A stretch of DNA of 64,000 bases. Origin: Haliotis cracherodii (Eukaryota). The stretch's first letter is position 1. Each line of letters begins with the position of its first letter. Location: the NCBI RefSeq assembly GCF_022045235.1, contig NW_027266265.1, positions 29,140,001-29,204,000 of the forward strand, read 5' to 3'. Position numbers and translations under genes: made by a program. Below are positions 63,501 to 64,000 of this stretch, piece after piece. The notes under the pieces are model-generated. The model saw only the letters and a list, made by a program, of their open reading frames with translations, was not told the DNA's origin and made no database searches.

Positions 63501-63915
63501 TTAAAGGATAAATAAAAAAAATATTTTGCACCCCAATCCCTTTTTGTTGTCAAACCTAAGGCATTAACTTTCTTTTGTAACAAAGGCACTTTCTTGAACA
63601 ATGTTTCAGTGATCATATTGCGGCGTGTCAGCTTGATGTGGGGAACTTTAAACACTCCAAACTATCAAGCTGTGAATGTTCCAATACGTGTGTTTATTGC
63701 CTTGTGTTGCCACCACGAGATGTGTTCTTCATGCTAAAAGTAACGGTTATAACATGTGGCATGATGTTGCAGAGACGAGGCTGTTCCAGCCGTTCCAGCT
63801 ACAGAAGGTCAAAGTACCGCTGGTGGAGTGGGAGACGTGCCAGACGGCGTACAACATGGTGGACACACAGCTCTGCGCCGGATACTTCGACAAAGGAGGA
63901 AAAGATTCGTGTAAT
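60578..63915 (+). CDS. SP6: secreted trypsin-like S1A serine protease with 6-Cys module; 3' partial (GDSGG exon lies beyond the window)
   Basis: Exons 60578-60644 (MWTKSALLLLVLCALFLTTDSA), 61483-61566 (Cys module), 61868-62063 (CG..STY|IVGG..SAAHC), 62591-62700, 63052-63192 (NDIVIL..GWG), 63773-63915 (GKDSCN|gt). A possible extra upstream exon (ATG GTG CAG|gt, 60369-60377) could splice in frame to 60548. Confidence 0.9.
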
Positions 63916-64000
63916 GTACGTTGTTTATGTTGTCAGATGCAGAAATGCATGACATCTATATATATATCATCACACAGTCAGGAGAGGTTATTGTCAGAGT

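Overview
AT-rich eukaryotic genomic DNA with one assembly gap (15233-15367). The SINE types and ACTC tails suggest a gastropod mollusc such as abalone (inference only). The window holds a single-exon 882-aa secreted, intrinsically disordered Q/G/P/R/Y-rich repeat protein (2670-5318). It is followed by a tandem cluster of six spliced, secreted S1A (chymotrypsin-fold) serine protease genes, which I assembled by hand from GT-AG exons: SP1 + (12655-17905), SP2 - (27347-35265), SP3 - (37866-42444), SP4 - (43891-49048), SP5 + (52261-55882) and SP6 + (60578 to beyond the window). All share intron phases. Five carry a small, apparently unclassified Cys-rich N-terminal module on one phase-1/phase-1 exon, with 6, 4, 4, 2 or 6 Cys; SP3 has a 21-nt micro-exon in that slot. 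None of the five complete genes has the canonical Trp215. SP5 keeps the His/Asp/Ser triad but has lost both the IVGG activation N-terminus and Asp194. SP6 has a Tyr-IVGG activation site. The set looks like a candidate extracellular proteolytic cascade beside a candidate structural substrate, which is a hypothesis. The remainder is SINEs of three families, a Tc1 relic, MITE or palindromic elements, and mini- and microsatellites.
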